A stretch of DNA of 64,000 nucleotides, taken from positions 41,292,001-41,356,000 of the forward strand of contig OX597819.1 of assembly GCA_951406725.2 (NCBI GenBank). The letters are read 5' to 3'. Of the stretch, positions 12,204 to 24,399 are shown piece after piece. The number at the start of each line of letters is the position of its first letter. Positions within the stretch are counted from its first letter, which is position 1. The notes beneath the pieces were generated by a model. The model saw only the letters and a program-made list of their open reading frames with translations. It did no database searches and was not told the DNA's origin. The stretch is from Octopus vulgaris. Taxonomy: Eukaryota. Made by a program: the position numbers and the translations under genes.

Positions 12204-13639
12204 TATAGTTAGTAAGTGATGTAAGTGTTAGTACTCATGTTAAACAAAAAAATAATTATAAATGACAGATTCTGATGTCAAATGAGGTATTTTGTGAGAC
12301 AAAAGGCAACAGAGAAGAGTGACTGATATAATACAAGATAGTTTATAAAAACATGTGGGGGGGGGGGTTAAAATCTGTGGGGGAGAGAGAGAGACAGATA
12401 GACAGACTGAGGGAGGTAAACATAGAGATAGCAAGAGAGACAGAGAGAGAGAAGGGGGGGGGGAGGAGAAGCATATAGCAGATTTCAAATGTGCAACGGG
12501 CATGCTGATACACAGTGCTGCAGCTTTAATAAAGAAAGAAAGAAGAGTTGAGAAAAGACAGATCAACATCATCATCAATACCAACATCATCAACAGGTGC
12601 TATGTCAAATCCACAGGTAATACATTTTGCAGTTGCAGTATGAACCAATCGGGTTATCCACTGCAGCTACATGTATCACCCTTAGATGTCAATAACAACA
12701 CCACAATGAAATTGCAGTATTAGAATCTCAACCTTTAACATCCTATCCACACAAAAAAAAAAAAAAACACTGAGGAAACCTCTGTACAAAGACCAAGACC
12801 TACAAGAAATCACAGCCAAATCTCCTACATCACTTACTAACATTTTAATATAAAGGCCACATAAAATACTGCAGTCTTTGCTACCTATATAAGAAGAAAA
12901 AAAAGAATTAAAAAACACTGGATTGTCATGGCTAGAATGCCTTTAGTCAAAGGTCTGCTTGATCAAGGTTGATCTGAAGCTTAACACCAATAAATAATTT
13001 TTATCATGGGCAAAAATCCAGAGTTTTCTGGAGAAGGAAACAGCCAATTATACGACCTCAGTACTGGACTATTTATTTATTGATGCTGAAAGGATGAAAG
13101 ACAATGTAGGAGGGGGGGGGAAATAGGGTGGGTCACAGTTTGAAAGGCCTAAATCATAGGTCTAGTGGATCAGAGCTGAGTTGTAGCTAAACAACACCAG
13201 ATTAGACTGTATCATGACATATATGCAATGCAGGATTTACTCCTAAATGTTTGAGTGACAACACAACATTGCAAATAAGACTAAATATAAATTAGACTGA
13301 TTCATGAAAGTAATTACGTTTGGGGTAGGCGATGTAAAGCAAGGCGAGTATGTCTGTTATCAATCATTCGTTGAATCACTGTAATCAATAAGTTATTAGT
13401 CAAAGATGGTGAACTGGCTAATCATTAAACCAGCTTTACTCAACAGAGGTTCCCCGGAACCCTAGGGTTCCGCAAAAGGTTCCTAGGGGTTCCACAAGAA
13501 AGAGTGAGATAAGTTAATGCTAATTTCATGATCGTAATATTAATATACATGCACAACATATCATTGGTTATTGTAATATAGATATCATCTTATTTAACCT
13601 ATTATGTTATCAAAAAAATATAACAACCATATATATATG

Positions 13640-14302
13640 TATGTATATATTCTTTCTTTCTCTCTCTTCTCCCCCCTTTGGTGCCTTCGTCCCTCTTTTT
13701 CTCTCTCTTCTTGATTCCTTTGCTCCCTTTTTTTTCTCTCTCTTCTCTTCTCACGTGACCGCTGGTCAACCAGCCTTTCGGCTTCTAACCAGCCTTTCGG
13801 CTTCTAACCAGCGCCACAAGAACATCGTTGTCTTCGTCTGCCGAAAAAGGCATTTTTTTCCAAATACACCAGCTAAACTAAGTTGTACTGTCTATAGTCG
13901 TAAGACACCCGCTGTTTTTGTCCTGTTATTACTATTATTGTTTTTTGTATTTATATTCGTGTGGCATCGTCCGTTTTTCTGTCCTTGTTTCGTATACATT
14001 CGATCCTTTTTCCAAGAAATCTAATGCTCGTAGCTTAGCTTTTCCTTCGGGCTGGCCAGATTGGAGCGATCTCAAGATTAATCAGCCGAAATTGCGAGGA
14101 TGATCCGGTTCTTGACTGAAGATTGAAGGCTTCGAATGTCCCGTCCGTGTTTTTTGTATCTCTTCTAAATGTTTTACGTTCTTGTCCCAGTTTGTATTTT
14201 TCTACATATAATATATATATACATATATATATATATATACATATATATACACATATATATACATATATATACATATATACATATATATATATACGTATAT
14301 AC

Positions 14303-14338
<36 letters not shown>

Positions 14339-14493
14339 CTGGGATCTTTCTTTCCTCTCTCTTCCTTCTTTATGTTTCCGACGAAGAGCTCCGCTCGAAA
14401 CGTCATACCTCCCTGCTTCCATTTCCTGAGCGCCTATTAATAATAATACTGTAATTGTTCCATTGTTGTTGTTTTTTGTTTCCCGTTTGGATT

Positions 14494-14497
<4 letters not shown>
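13640..14497 (+). mobile_element. Penelope-like pseudo-LTR fragment with a hammerhead-like motif at 14374-14408
   Basis: T/C-rich non-coding block bounded by TA repeats. Contains CCGACGA-a-gagc-tcc-gctc-GAAAC-GTC (14378-14404), the Penelope-type minimal hammerhead layout with a U-to-C change in the CUGA core. Confidence 0.5.
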
Positions 14498-14524
<27 letters not shown>

Positions 14525-14550
14525 CGTGACGCTAAATGATGATGATGATG

Positions 14551-14588
<38 letters not shown>

Positions 14589-14615
14589 TACATATATATA
14601 TACATATATATATAT

Positions 14616-14647
<32 letters not shown>

Positions 14648-14850
14648 GTATATACATATATATATATATATATATATACGTGACGCTAAATGATGATATG
14701 ATATACATATATATATACATATATATATATATATACATATATATATACATATATATATATACATATATACATATATATATATACGTATATACATATATAT
14801 ATACATATATATATATACGTATATACGCTAAATGATGATGATGATGATGA

Positions 14851-14928
<78 letters not shown>

Positions 14929-14971
14929 TACATATATATACATATATACATACATACATATATATACATAT

Positions 14972-15048
<77 letters not shown>

Positions 15049-15063
15049 CATATATATACATAC

Positions 15064-15096
<33 letters not shown>

Positions 15097-15270
15097 CAAT
15101 ATATATATATACATATCATTTTATTTCTATGTATTGGTTTATGTTTTTCACTGTTTGATTTGCCTAATAGTGGTTTTATCTCTAATTTAATATATATATA
15201 TACACACACAGACATATATATATGTCCAACCCATGCTAGCATGGAAAACGGACGCTAAACGATGATGATG

Positions 15271-15327
<57 letters not shown>

Positions 15328-15330
15328 TAT
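14205..15330. repeat. Large compound (TA)/(TACA)/(GAT) microsatellite field
   Basis: Direct reading; source of the YIYI ORFs. Confidence 0.95.
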
Positions 15331-15332
15331 AT

Positions 15333-15661
15333 AGGACAAGATACTGTGATAGCCTGGGCTTCAGAGGCCCACAGCTCTTCAATATCCTCCAAAAGAACCT
15401 GAGAGACCTGCATGGGGTGGATGCAGATGTTTTTAAAATAAAACCGGATCTCTTCCTGTCAGGTGTCCCAGATGAACCAACTTCACGGCATGAGGTGCAC
15501 ATGAGGGCAGCTGCATCAAACTCTCTCATGCACCAAATGGCAATTGCTAAAAAGCATTCGTGAAGTAAAATTATGTACCAACACCAAATGGCAGTGCCCC
15601 AGCATGGCCACAGCTCGTGAGCTGAAACTAGATAAAATAAAAAAATAAAATAAAATAAAAT
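15333..15661 (+). pseudogene. 3' end of a CR1-group LINE (ORF2 C-terminus, 3' UTR, (TAAAA)n tail)
   Basis: Open frame 15333-15563 RTRYCDSLGFRGPQLFNILQKNLRDL...VFKIKPDLFLSGVPDEP...*, then tail ggcagtgccccagcatggccacagctcgtgagctgaaact. Confidence 0.75.
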
Positions 15662-15674
15662 ATACATATATATA

Positions 15675-15856
15675 CATCATCATCATCATCATCATTTAGC
15701 GTCCGCTTTCCATGCTAGCATGGGTTGGACGGTTCAACTGGGGTCTGTGAAACCAGAAGGCTGCATCAGGCCCAGTCTGATCTGGCAGTGTTTCTACGGC
15801 TGGATGCCCTTCCTAACGCCAACCACTCCGTGAGTGTAGTGGGTGTTTTTTACGTG
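15675..15856 (-). mobile_element. RTE LINE 3' tail fragment
   Basis: Matches 19741-19920. Confidence 0.8.
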
Positions 15857-15920
15857 ATACATATATATATATATATTTATATACACATATATATATACAT
15901 ATATATATATTTATATGCAC

Positions 15921-15952
<32 letters not shown>

Positions 15953-16000
15953 GTATATAGATGTATGAATATCTATGTACGTATGTATATATGTATGTAA

Positions 16001-16035
<35 letters not shown>

Positions 16036-16161
16036 CATATATTTATATACACATATATATATACATATATATATATTTATATGCACATATATACACATAT
16101 ATATATTTATATACACATATATATATATATGAATATCTATGTACGTATGTATATATGTATG

Positions 16162-16197
<36 letters not shown>

Positions 16198-18523
16198 AGC
16201 TACCACCTGAACTATGATGAAAAAATATGAGAAAGATATGGTATATAATTTTTTTTGTGCAGGGGTTCCTTGAGATATATAATTTATTTTAAGGGTTGTG
16301 CAAAGGTAAAAAGGTTGAGGAACACTGCATTAAACCATCAGACAGATTGCCTTGCAGCTCCTTGCATCCGGAGTTCAAATCTCACTGAAGGCAACATTGT
16401 CATTCATCATTTCAGGGGTTAGTAAATAAAATATCAATCCTGAGTGGTGAATTGATGGAACTGGTGAAACACCAAAAGAGAGACCTCGAAGTATCTGTTC
16501 TGACTCCTCACGTTCTCATGGCTGTCCCTACAACAACACTAGTGCCATGTTGTACAAATCCTCACATTTGGATAGCATTGGTAGTATGAAAAAAGGAAAC
16601 TAAAGAAACCTTGCCTGAGACCATGTCCTAGAGTTCTCCTCCAACATAAATCCAGAGGCTGATAAGATTTATTGAGGGCCTTAGATAAATTGAGGGCCTT
16701 AAATAAAATAGGCCTTAGATAAATCACATTTTTAGTTTACTTTAATTCAAGTAATTCCATTTTAAGGTTTGTTCAAGGAAGTAGCTACAAGAGTATACAT
16801 AACACTCCATAAATTCATGCAAAGGCCATTACATTTCCTAATATGGTCATCTAATTCATGTTAATTAGATTTTAAAAATCTAAGAAGCAGGTAAGAAATC
16901 AGATGTAGATTCCTCTCCATATTGTAATCATTAGCTTTTATGTCCAGTTTTCGATGTTAGCTTGGGTTAAATGAATATGTATAGAGGCATTGTTGTATAA
17001 CCAAATACCTGAACCATTTTTTGTATAATGGATTTTACTTTATTTTATTTGTCATTGAAAGTACAGAGCTATAGGATGATCTGTTAAACAAGGAATGTCA
17101 ACAAACATCCCCGTTTTTAACTCAACAGTTTTCATGTGAGAATGCAGAATGTAAAGATATACATGGGGACACACACACACACACACACAACTAGGCTCTC
17201 ATACATATTCTGTCCACCATTTTCACTCACTAGGCATTAGTCAGCCCAAGGTTGCAATAGATGACATTTGCTCAAGTTGACATGCAGTGAGATGAGCTGA
17301 AGCAAATTCCATATTGATGCAGCTATACCTGGGCTTATATTGCAATATTACAAATATTAAAAGATTCAGTTTCAGGTAAGATATTTTCATTTAATTTATA
17401 TAAAGCTTTATCTCTCCAGTTCCATTCATTGAGATAGACAGATAGCAATCAACAGCAAGAATTGAGAACAAAATTTGTAGAAAATATGTTGGCAAATGAA
17501 CAGATTAAACATTGGAGTGTGTATATTTGAAGAAAATATTATATGGAGCATGTAAAGAAAACAGTGGTTTCTTACTTCATAGCAGATAGAGAGAACTATT
17601 TAACCTTGACTAACACATATAATTTTGATGCAATTGCTGGAAGATGAAGTAAAAAGATTGCAGATCAGAAATAGCTTTCTTCCATAATATTAATATTGAG
17701 GACAATTATCCAAAAACATATTGAGATTACTGCCAAATATTTTCGATAGCCAGACACCAGCAGTAGTCTTCCAACATCATAAAAATCTGATGATATCGCT
17801 CATGATATATACTATTAAATTAATTTCGAAAATTAGAGTAAGTTTATATCTAAATATGGACATTAGAAAATGAGAGGGTTTTTTTTAAGGGGTTCAAGGT
17901 ATTTCAAATTAAAAAGATTTCACAATTCCCTTTTCTGGATCTTGTTATGATTTACAGAAGAAAGGCAGCCAACTGGCAGAACTGAGTCGGACTAAACGCA
18001 TAGTGACATTTCCTCGATTCTACATTCTGAGCTCAAATTCCACTGAGATCAACTTTGCCTTTCATCATTTTTGAGATCAAGAAATGTAGTACTAGGGTTG
18101 ATATAATTGGCTTATCTCCCCACCGTCAAAATTTTTGGCCTAGTACCAAACATAGAAAGGAATATGATCTACAGGGGATGATAACAGTATGCTTGACATC
18201 GTTTTAGATATAGAGGAACTGATAAAAAGACATTCTGAAGTGTTGTCGAATTTTCTTTAAGCAGTCTTCATTTTCAGACAGCTGATAAGTTCCAGCAAGA
18301 GTTTTGTTGATAAATAGAGTTTTGTTGATTTAGGATTCAATACAATGATAAAAGAACGATGATGTGAACAACTTAATCTTATTCAGTAAACCTGAGTAGT
18401 TTTTATACTGTCGTATACAAACAACAGGGAAGTAATGAGCCAACAAAGAAGTTTTTACACAGTTGCTCACTATAATAAAAATAGCAGTTAAAATTTCCCT
18501 CAAAATTATATCCTATCATTTAA

Positions 18524-18743
18524 CCCTTTCGTTACTGTATTTATTGTGAGATGCTCTGTTTTTCTCTCAATTATTTTAAATATAACAAGGAATTTAGTAA
18601 AATAACTTGGTTATCATTAAGCTAGTGTTAGGAACATAAATTGTGACTAAGGTTTGGTGGAAGATTTTAATTCAAAACTTATGAAAGCATGGCATTTGTA
18701 CTCAGAGCCAGAGCCGGTATCAGCCGGGTTGGTAACGAAAGGG
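18524..18743. mobile_element. piggyBac-like MITE, family 2
   Basis: Perfect 12-bp TIR CCCTTTCGTTAC and TTAA TSD on both sides. Confidence 0.85.
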
Positions 18744-19309
18744 TTAAAGAAACAAAAAACGAAGCAATATTAGACACAGCATGTTCAATAGAAAATGTGA
18801 TGCTATTGATAGGAATGTCTTTGATTATAGGATCTTCAATCAAGAATGGCCTAGGGCTAAAGAATAATAATATCAACAACAATAGCAGAATTATGAAGTT
18901 ATATTTAAACTTGAAGATTTATAATTATAATTTAATCTCTATATAAAATATTTATAGTGTTTCTCAAATCATCCAAACAAGAAGGAATTTGTGGATCCTG
19001 GGATTGTTGTTTGTGAGAATAGATAACATTTTGAAAGACCAGCACAATTTGCAAAAAATTTCTGTCTAGTGGTAATGATTCTATGACCAACATTTTATAA
19101 TCTTTAATAGGTTTCATTCAGTTCAGTTTCTCAATATTCTACTGATGTGGATAAAACATAGATTATATGAAAAAGTAAAATATTTAAAAATAGAATCAAG
19201 TAGATCACTGAAATAAAAACATAGTGACAGAAAAATTGCTCAACTAGTTCTTCTTTTTCAACTTCATCAAACGTATGTCACATCTTAAGCCATGTGTGTT
19301 ACTCAACCT

Positions 19310-19565
19310 TCACTTCTCATGCAGCTGAAATGGGTTTCTTCCAAAAGAGCTCTCGAGCAGCGTTACTTGAAAGGGTGTGTTGTTCAGAGATTAGGGAGTT
19401 TCTCCAGGTCAAGGCACTAATTTCTCCATGATGAAAGGTCACAGCCCATGTACTACTGACATGTGGTTAGAATGCCACAGGAAAGAATCACAAGATGAGC
19501 CAACCAGCTGGGGACCTAAGCACAGACAATGAGTGAGATGGTTGGATAATATCCATAATCTCATT
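19310..19565 (+). pseudogene. Decayed RTE LINE ORF2 fragment
   Basis: AAEMGFF...SEIREFLQVK...HVVRMPQERI...RWLDNI. Confidence 0.6.
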
Positions 19566-19740
19566 TGTGTGAGTGGAGGGTGTTAGATTCATGATCATAT
19601 GTTTGCGATTTCAATTCCTTGACTGGGCGATGCATTGTGTTCTTAAGCAAAACACTTCATTTCACATTGCTCCAGTCCATTCAGCTGGCAAAAATGAGTA
19701 ACACTGCGATGGACTGGTGTCCCATCCAGGTGCAGAATAT

Positions 19741-20785
19741 CATCATCATCATCGTTTAACGTCCGTTCTCCATGCTAGCATGGGTTGGACGGTTCGACCG
19801 GGGATCTGGGAAGCCAGAAGGCTGCACCAGGCTCCGGTCTTATCTGGCAATGTTTCTACAGCTGGATGCCCTTCCTAACGCCAACCACTCCGTGAGTGTA
19901 GTGGGTGCTTTTTACGTGCCACCTGCACTGGTGCCAGGCGAGGCTGGCATCGGCCATGGTCGGATTGGTGCATTTTACGTGCCACCTGCACGGAAGCCAG
20001 TCGAGGCGGCACTGGCTTCGGCCACGATTCGGATGGTGCTTTTTACGTGCCACTGACACGGAAGCCAGTCAAGGCGGCGCTGGCATCAGCCACAATTCGG
20101 ATAGTGCTTTTTACGTATCTCCTGTCCAGGGGTCCTGGCATCTGCCGGGTGCCAGTCATAGGATTGGTTCAATTTCGATTCCGATTTCGATTTCACTTGC
20201 CCCAACAGGTCTTCGCAAGCAAAGGGGGTTGGCATAGGTGCCTGTCGTCGGATGAGGTTCGATATCGACTTCGCTTGCCTCAACAGGTCTTTGTGTGTCC
20301 AAGGGAGGAAAGGCATGCATAAGTGGGCTGGACTCACTTGTCCTGCCTGGTCTTTTCACGCACAGCATATTTCCAAAGGTCTCGGTCGCTGGTCATTTCC
20401 TCAGTGAGACCTAAAGTTTGAAGGTCATGCTTCACCACCTCGTCCCAAGTTTTCCTGGGTCTACATCTTCCATGGGTTCCCTCCACTGCTAGGGATTGGC
20501 ACTTTTTCACACACCTATCTTCATCCATTCTTGCCACATGACCATACCAGCGCAATCGTCTCTCTTGCACACCACAACTGATGCTCCTTAGGTTCAACAT
20601 TTCTCTCAGGGTACTAACGCTCTGTCGAGCATGCACACTGACATTACACATCCATCGGAACATACTGGCTTCATTTCTCGCGAGCTTACGCATGTCCTCA
20701 GCAGTCACGGCCCATGTTTCACTGCCATGTAGCATGGCTGTTCGTACACATGCATCATACAGTCTGCCTTTTACTCTGACTTTTA
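19741..20785 (-). pseudogene. 5'-truncated RTE-clade LINE (ORF2 C-terminus 20334-20785 plus 3' UTR with about 60-bp tandem units and (GAT)n tail)
   Basis: LYDACVRTAMLHGSETW...RRLRWYGHVARMDEDR...GRCRPRKTWDEVV...DRDLW is typical of the RTE region downstream of RT. Confidence 0.9.
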
Positions 20786-23700
20786 CTATATATATATATA
20801 TATATATATATGGAACCAACAAACCAGCCCTTGTAAGTGGGATAACTTGTAAGACATCAAGAAGATAACTTATTTGTTTTTTTATAGTCTCAATTGGTTC
20901 CACTTGGGAATGGTAATGATAGTTACTTCTGATAGGATCCTATGAAGGTGGTGCCTGAGGTCTCTACCCCCAACTCTCCTGGATGGTGAAAATGGCTGTA
21001 TGGATAAGATATAACCTTCATTTCATGTTTACTTTTGATTAGTTTCAGCTATTTCAAATTTTGATAAAAACCTACTTCTTGAAGGCAGTCAATTATTTAG
21101 GGGTGATCCATGAATTCACTTTCACCCCATCCCCACCTCCAATATGTAATGTTTGTAAAGGGCAGGCTGATTTACATGCAGATCAATAGTTAAGGTATGT
21201 TTTACTGTCTTTTAAATAGTGGTGACTGCAATGAAGACGAACTGAGATGGTCTCAGTCAACAAGGGATAAACTCAATACCTTAGAATTAACAAGGTGGTT
21301 GGCAGTCCAGCACTAAATTTGGGTTTAGTGTGACAATTGGCATCAAAGAATGTATTTTAGTTACCTGTAGGATTTGATTGATTACAGTAGATTGGAAAGA
21401 AATGGGGTAGCAATGCTGATATGGTGTGTTGTTAATGCAATTTAAGTGTTTGTAAATATGTAACCATATAGTTACAAGGATTATAACAGCTGAACTAGAC
21501 TGCACAGACATGAGCTCAATCCAGTGGAGTGGTTAGCTGTGGGAATGGCATTCTCCAACAGTAAATTATTTGGTCCTGCAACATATATGTAAATTTTCAA
21601 AAAATGTCATTGTGAAAAAATGTATAAAATTGGGAAAAATTCAATAATAATAATAAAATAGTCCTTGAGCTCTCAGATTTGAAACATTAACTATTTTGTT
21701 GGTCAGGAGTTAGTCTAATAGAACTAAATAACACTCCAGATAAATATTTACATTACACAGCAAAAGAAAAAAAAAATAAACATACACAAACACACATTCC
21801 TACATACTATATAGAGACTCACAAATATTTTGAATCAGATAACTGAATCATTAATTCAAATCCTGTAGCCAAGGTTTTTGGACAGAAGTTGTATGATTCA
21901 AGAGATTAAGCTAGAACTGGAGACAAGGAAATGAAGTTGAATCACTCTACAAACAATCCCCACCCAACAATCCCAAATCCAAAAAGAATTATTTATTATA
22001 TTTGTTTTTCAGTATAGAATAGTATTATTAATATAATACTATTTCAATATATTGTTATTGTTGTTTTGTTTTTTTTATGCTTTGATTGTAGTCATGTTTT
22101 TGGAACCAAGTCTACTGAGACTATGTGTTGAGTCTTGTCAAAGTAGAATACACAACAATTTGTAATGGACTGGAGTTAAAACATGATTTGCAATGATATT
22201 TGCTGCAGTGATCTCTTTGTTGTGTTTCTACTGAAGGGCCTCAAGTACTTTGTAGAAGGGTTGTTCTGTCTTCATGAAATGTATAGGTTTATAGAATAGT
22301 TGCTCTTTCTCTTCTTGCTCTAATCTGTTGTCAGTAAATATGCGAGAGCTAACCTAGCTTCCTGTATGGTATCTGATACACTACAAATCTTGTTTTAGAT
22401 ACCCTGTGAAGTTTCATTTCTTACAAACGTCAACCAGTGTTTTTAAAATCAAGCCATTTTGAAATTTGCAGAGTAGAGTGATCCAATTATTTTAAATTTA
22501 AAAGTAGTAGAATAAATTGGTCTAACAAGGAAACTTCCTCTCTCTCCACTACTTTGTTACACAGGCCTTGAAACGGATCATTCACTATCCTTCTGTCTCT
22601 GACTAAACTATAAAAATAAAAACCAAGAAAAATATAGTTATAGATACATAGAGGAACCCTGTTTATAAAAGGTAGTAACTTTTTAAATAAATAGGCTCGA
22701 TATAATCACTGGTTCTATTAGTGAGACATACTTTGTCTTCCATTTTTTGCTTGGTCTTCAGTTCTACGTCACTGCACAACACCTAGGGCATGTGTGTGTG
22801 TGTGCATGCACGTGCTTGTGTGTGAGTGTTTAGATTGTACATGTCTCATGACAGCATTGATCTAAATAAAAATCAGAGATGTATGTTGCCATTCCCTGCC
22901 AAAACAAAAAAAAAACACTTCTAGCAGTGTGCTTAAAGATGAATGGAATAATAAAATCCCTTATTTGTAACACAGGTAAAGACTAACGGCAAAAAGGGCA
23001 TCCAATTATAAAACATTACCTCAATAATAGGTATTCATCCAACCCATGCGATCATTGTAAAATAGATGTAAAAGCAAACAAATGAATCATAATACACTCA
23101 ACATTCAAAGTACTTACCAACATCAAAATTTCCACCTCATTCTCCCTAAACCCAGCAATTACAACAACCATAACTTTTTCTTCCTTCCCTCCTGGAATTC
23201 CCTATCTGTATATCCCAATCCAATTACTAATCATTATCAATTAAAATATCAAACTATTAACTGTTTGCTAGCCTCACCCATCTTCTACCTCTCTAATCTA
23301 AGCAGCCCTCATTAGGCTTAGTAGGATCTAATGCTATACAAGAAACTAACGACTCACACTCAATCTGCTTTTAATTTATTCATCTCATCTTGCTATCAAA
23401 CTTGTATGCCCTCATGTACTTGCAGGATGCCTACATGTGAAATAACTTCAACACAGATTTTAAGATAACCATACAGAAACTGTAGATAACATAGTTTTCA
23501 AAGAACGTCAGTTGTTTTCATTTTACACAATAGAAGTTACTGCTTCATCCTCTTTACACTATAATATCTTTACTTCATACTATATCCCTAAATAAGCTTG
23601 TGGGAAGATCTCTCTTAAGATATATCATCATTATCACGAACCTCATGACTGACTTCCCATCCCCACTACTTTTATGCTGGCCTAGATTCAATGTCATACA

Positions 23701-23988
23701 TTTTGACAACACACACATATATACATTTGAATGTGTGTGTGTGTGTGTGTGTGTGTGTTTGTGTACATGCCTCTATGTGTGTGTCGGGTAGGGTGTTAGC
23801 AGAAGTAAACAGGAAAGGAACATAATAAAAAGTTTTAAACCTAAAATCATAGCAATCAGAATTAAATACAAGACTGGATGTTATGATCCATAAAAGGGAA
23901 TGAATGGGTATCAATAAAAGAGTCATTATAAGGAAATGACTTGCAAAAAAAAAAAAAAAAACGTACATTGAAAATTACTGACATATGT

Positions 23989-24399
23989 CAGGAATGGCTG
24001 TGTGGTAAGTAGCTTGCTTACCAACCACATGGTTCCAGGTTCAGTCCCACTGCGTGGCACCTTGGGCAAGTGTCTTCCACTATAGTCTCAGGCTGACCAA
24101 AGCCTTGTGAGTGGATTTGGTAGATGGAAACTGAAAGAAGCCCGTCGTATATATATGTATATATATATATATATGTATGTGTATGTATGTTTGTGTGTCT
24201 GTCTTTGTCCCCCCCAACATCGCTTGACAACCGATGCTGGTGTGTTAATGTCCCCGTAACTTAGCAGTTCGGCAAAAGAGACCGATAGAATAAGTACTAG
24301 GCTTACAAAGAATAAGTCCTGGGGTCGATTTACTCGACTAAAGGCGGTGCTCCAGCATGGCCGCAGTCAAATGACTGAAACAAGTAAAAGAGTAAAGAG
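23989..24399 (+). mobile_element. SINE family A
   Basis: Full-length match. Confidence 0.85.

Larger units (their letters stand above)
13431..16327. mobile_element. hAT-type non-autonomous element inflated by nested insertions
   Basis: TIRs cagctttactcaac / gttgaggaacactg (11/14 match). Perfect 8-bp TSD CATTAAAC at 13423-13430 and 16328-16335. Subterminal ggggttcc motifs. Confidence 0.85.

Noticed and set aside
14035-16230. Many long YIYI/ICMY ORFs (also at 8498-9076 and 10726-10981)
   Set aside because: They are translations of (TA)n/(TACA)n microsatellites, which lack stop codons.
19895-20150. CRISPR-like appearance of about 25-bp repeats with variable gaps
   Set aside because: The gaps are homologous to each other, the context is a eukaryotic LINE 3' UTR, and there are no cas genes.
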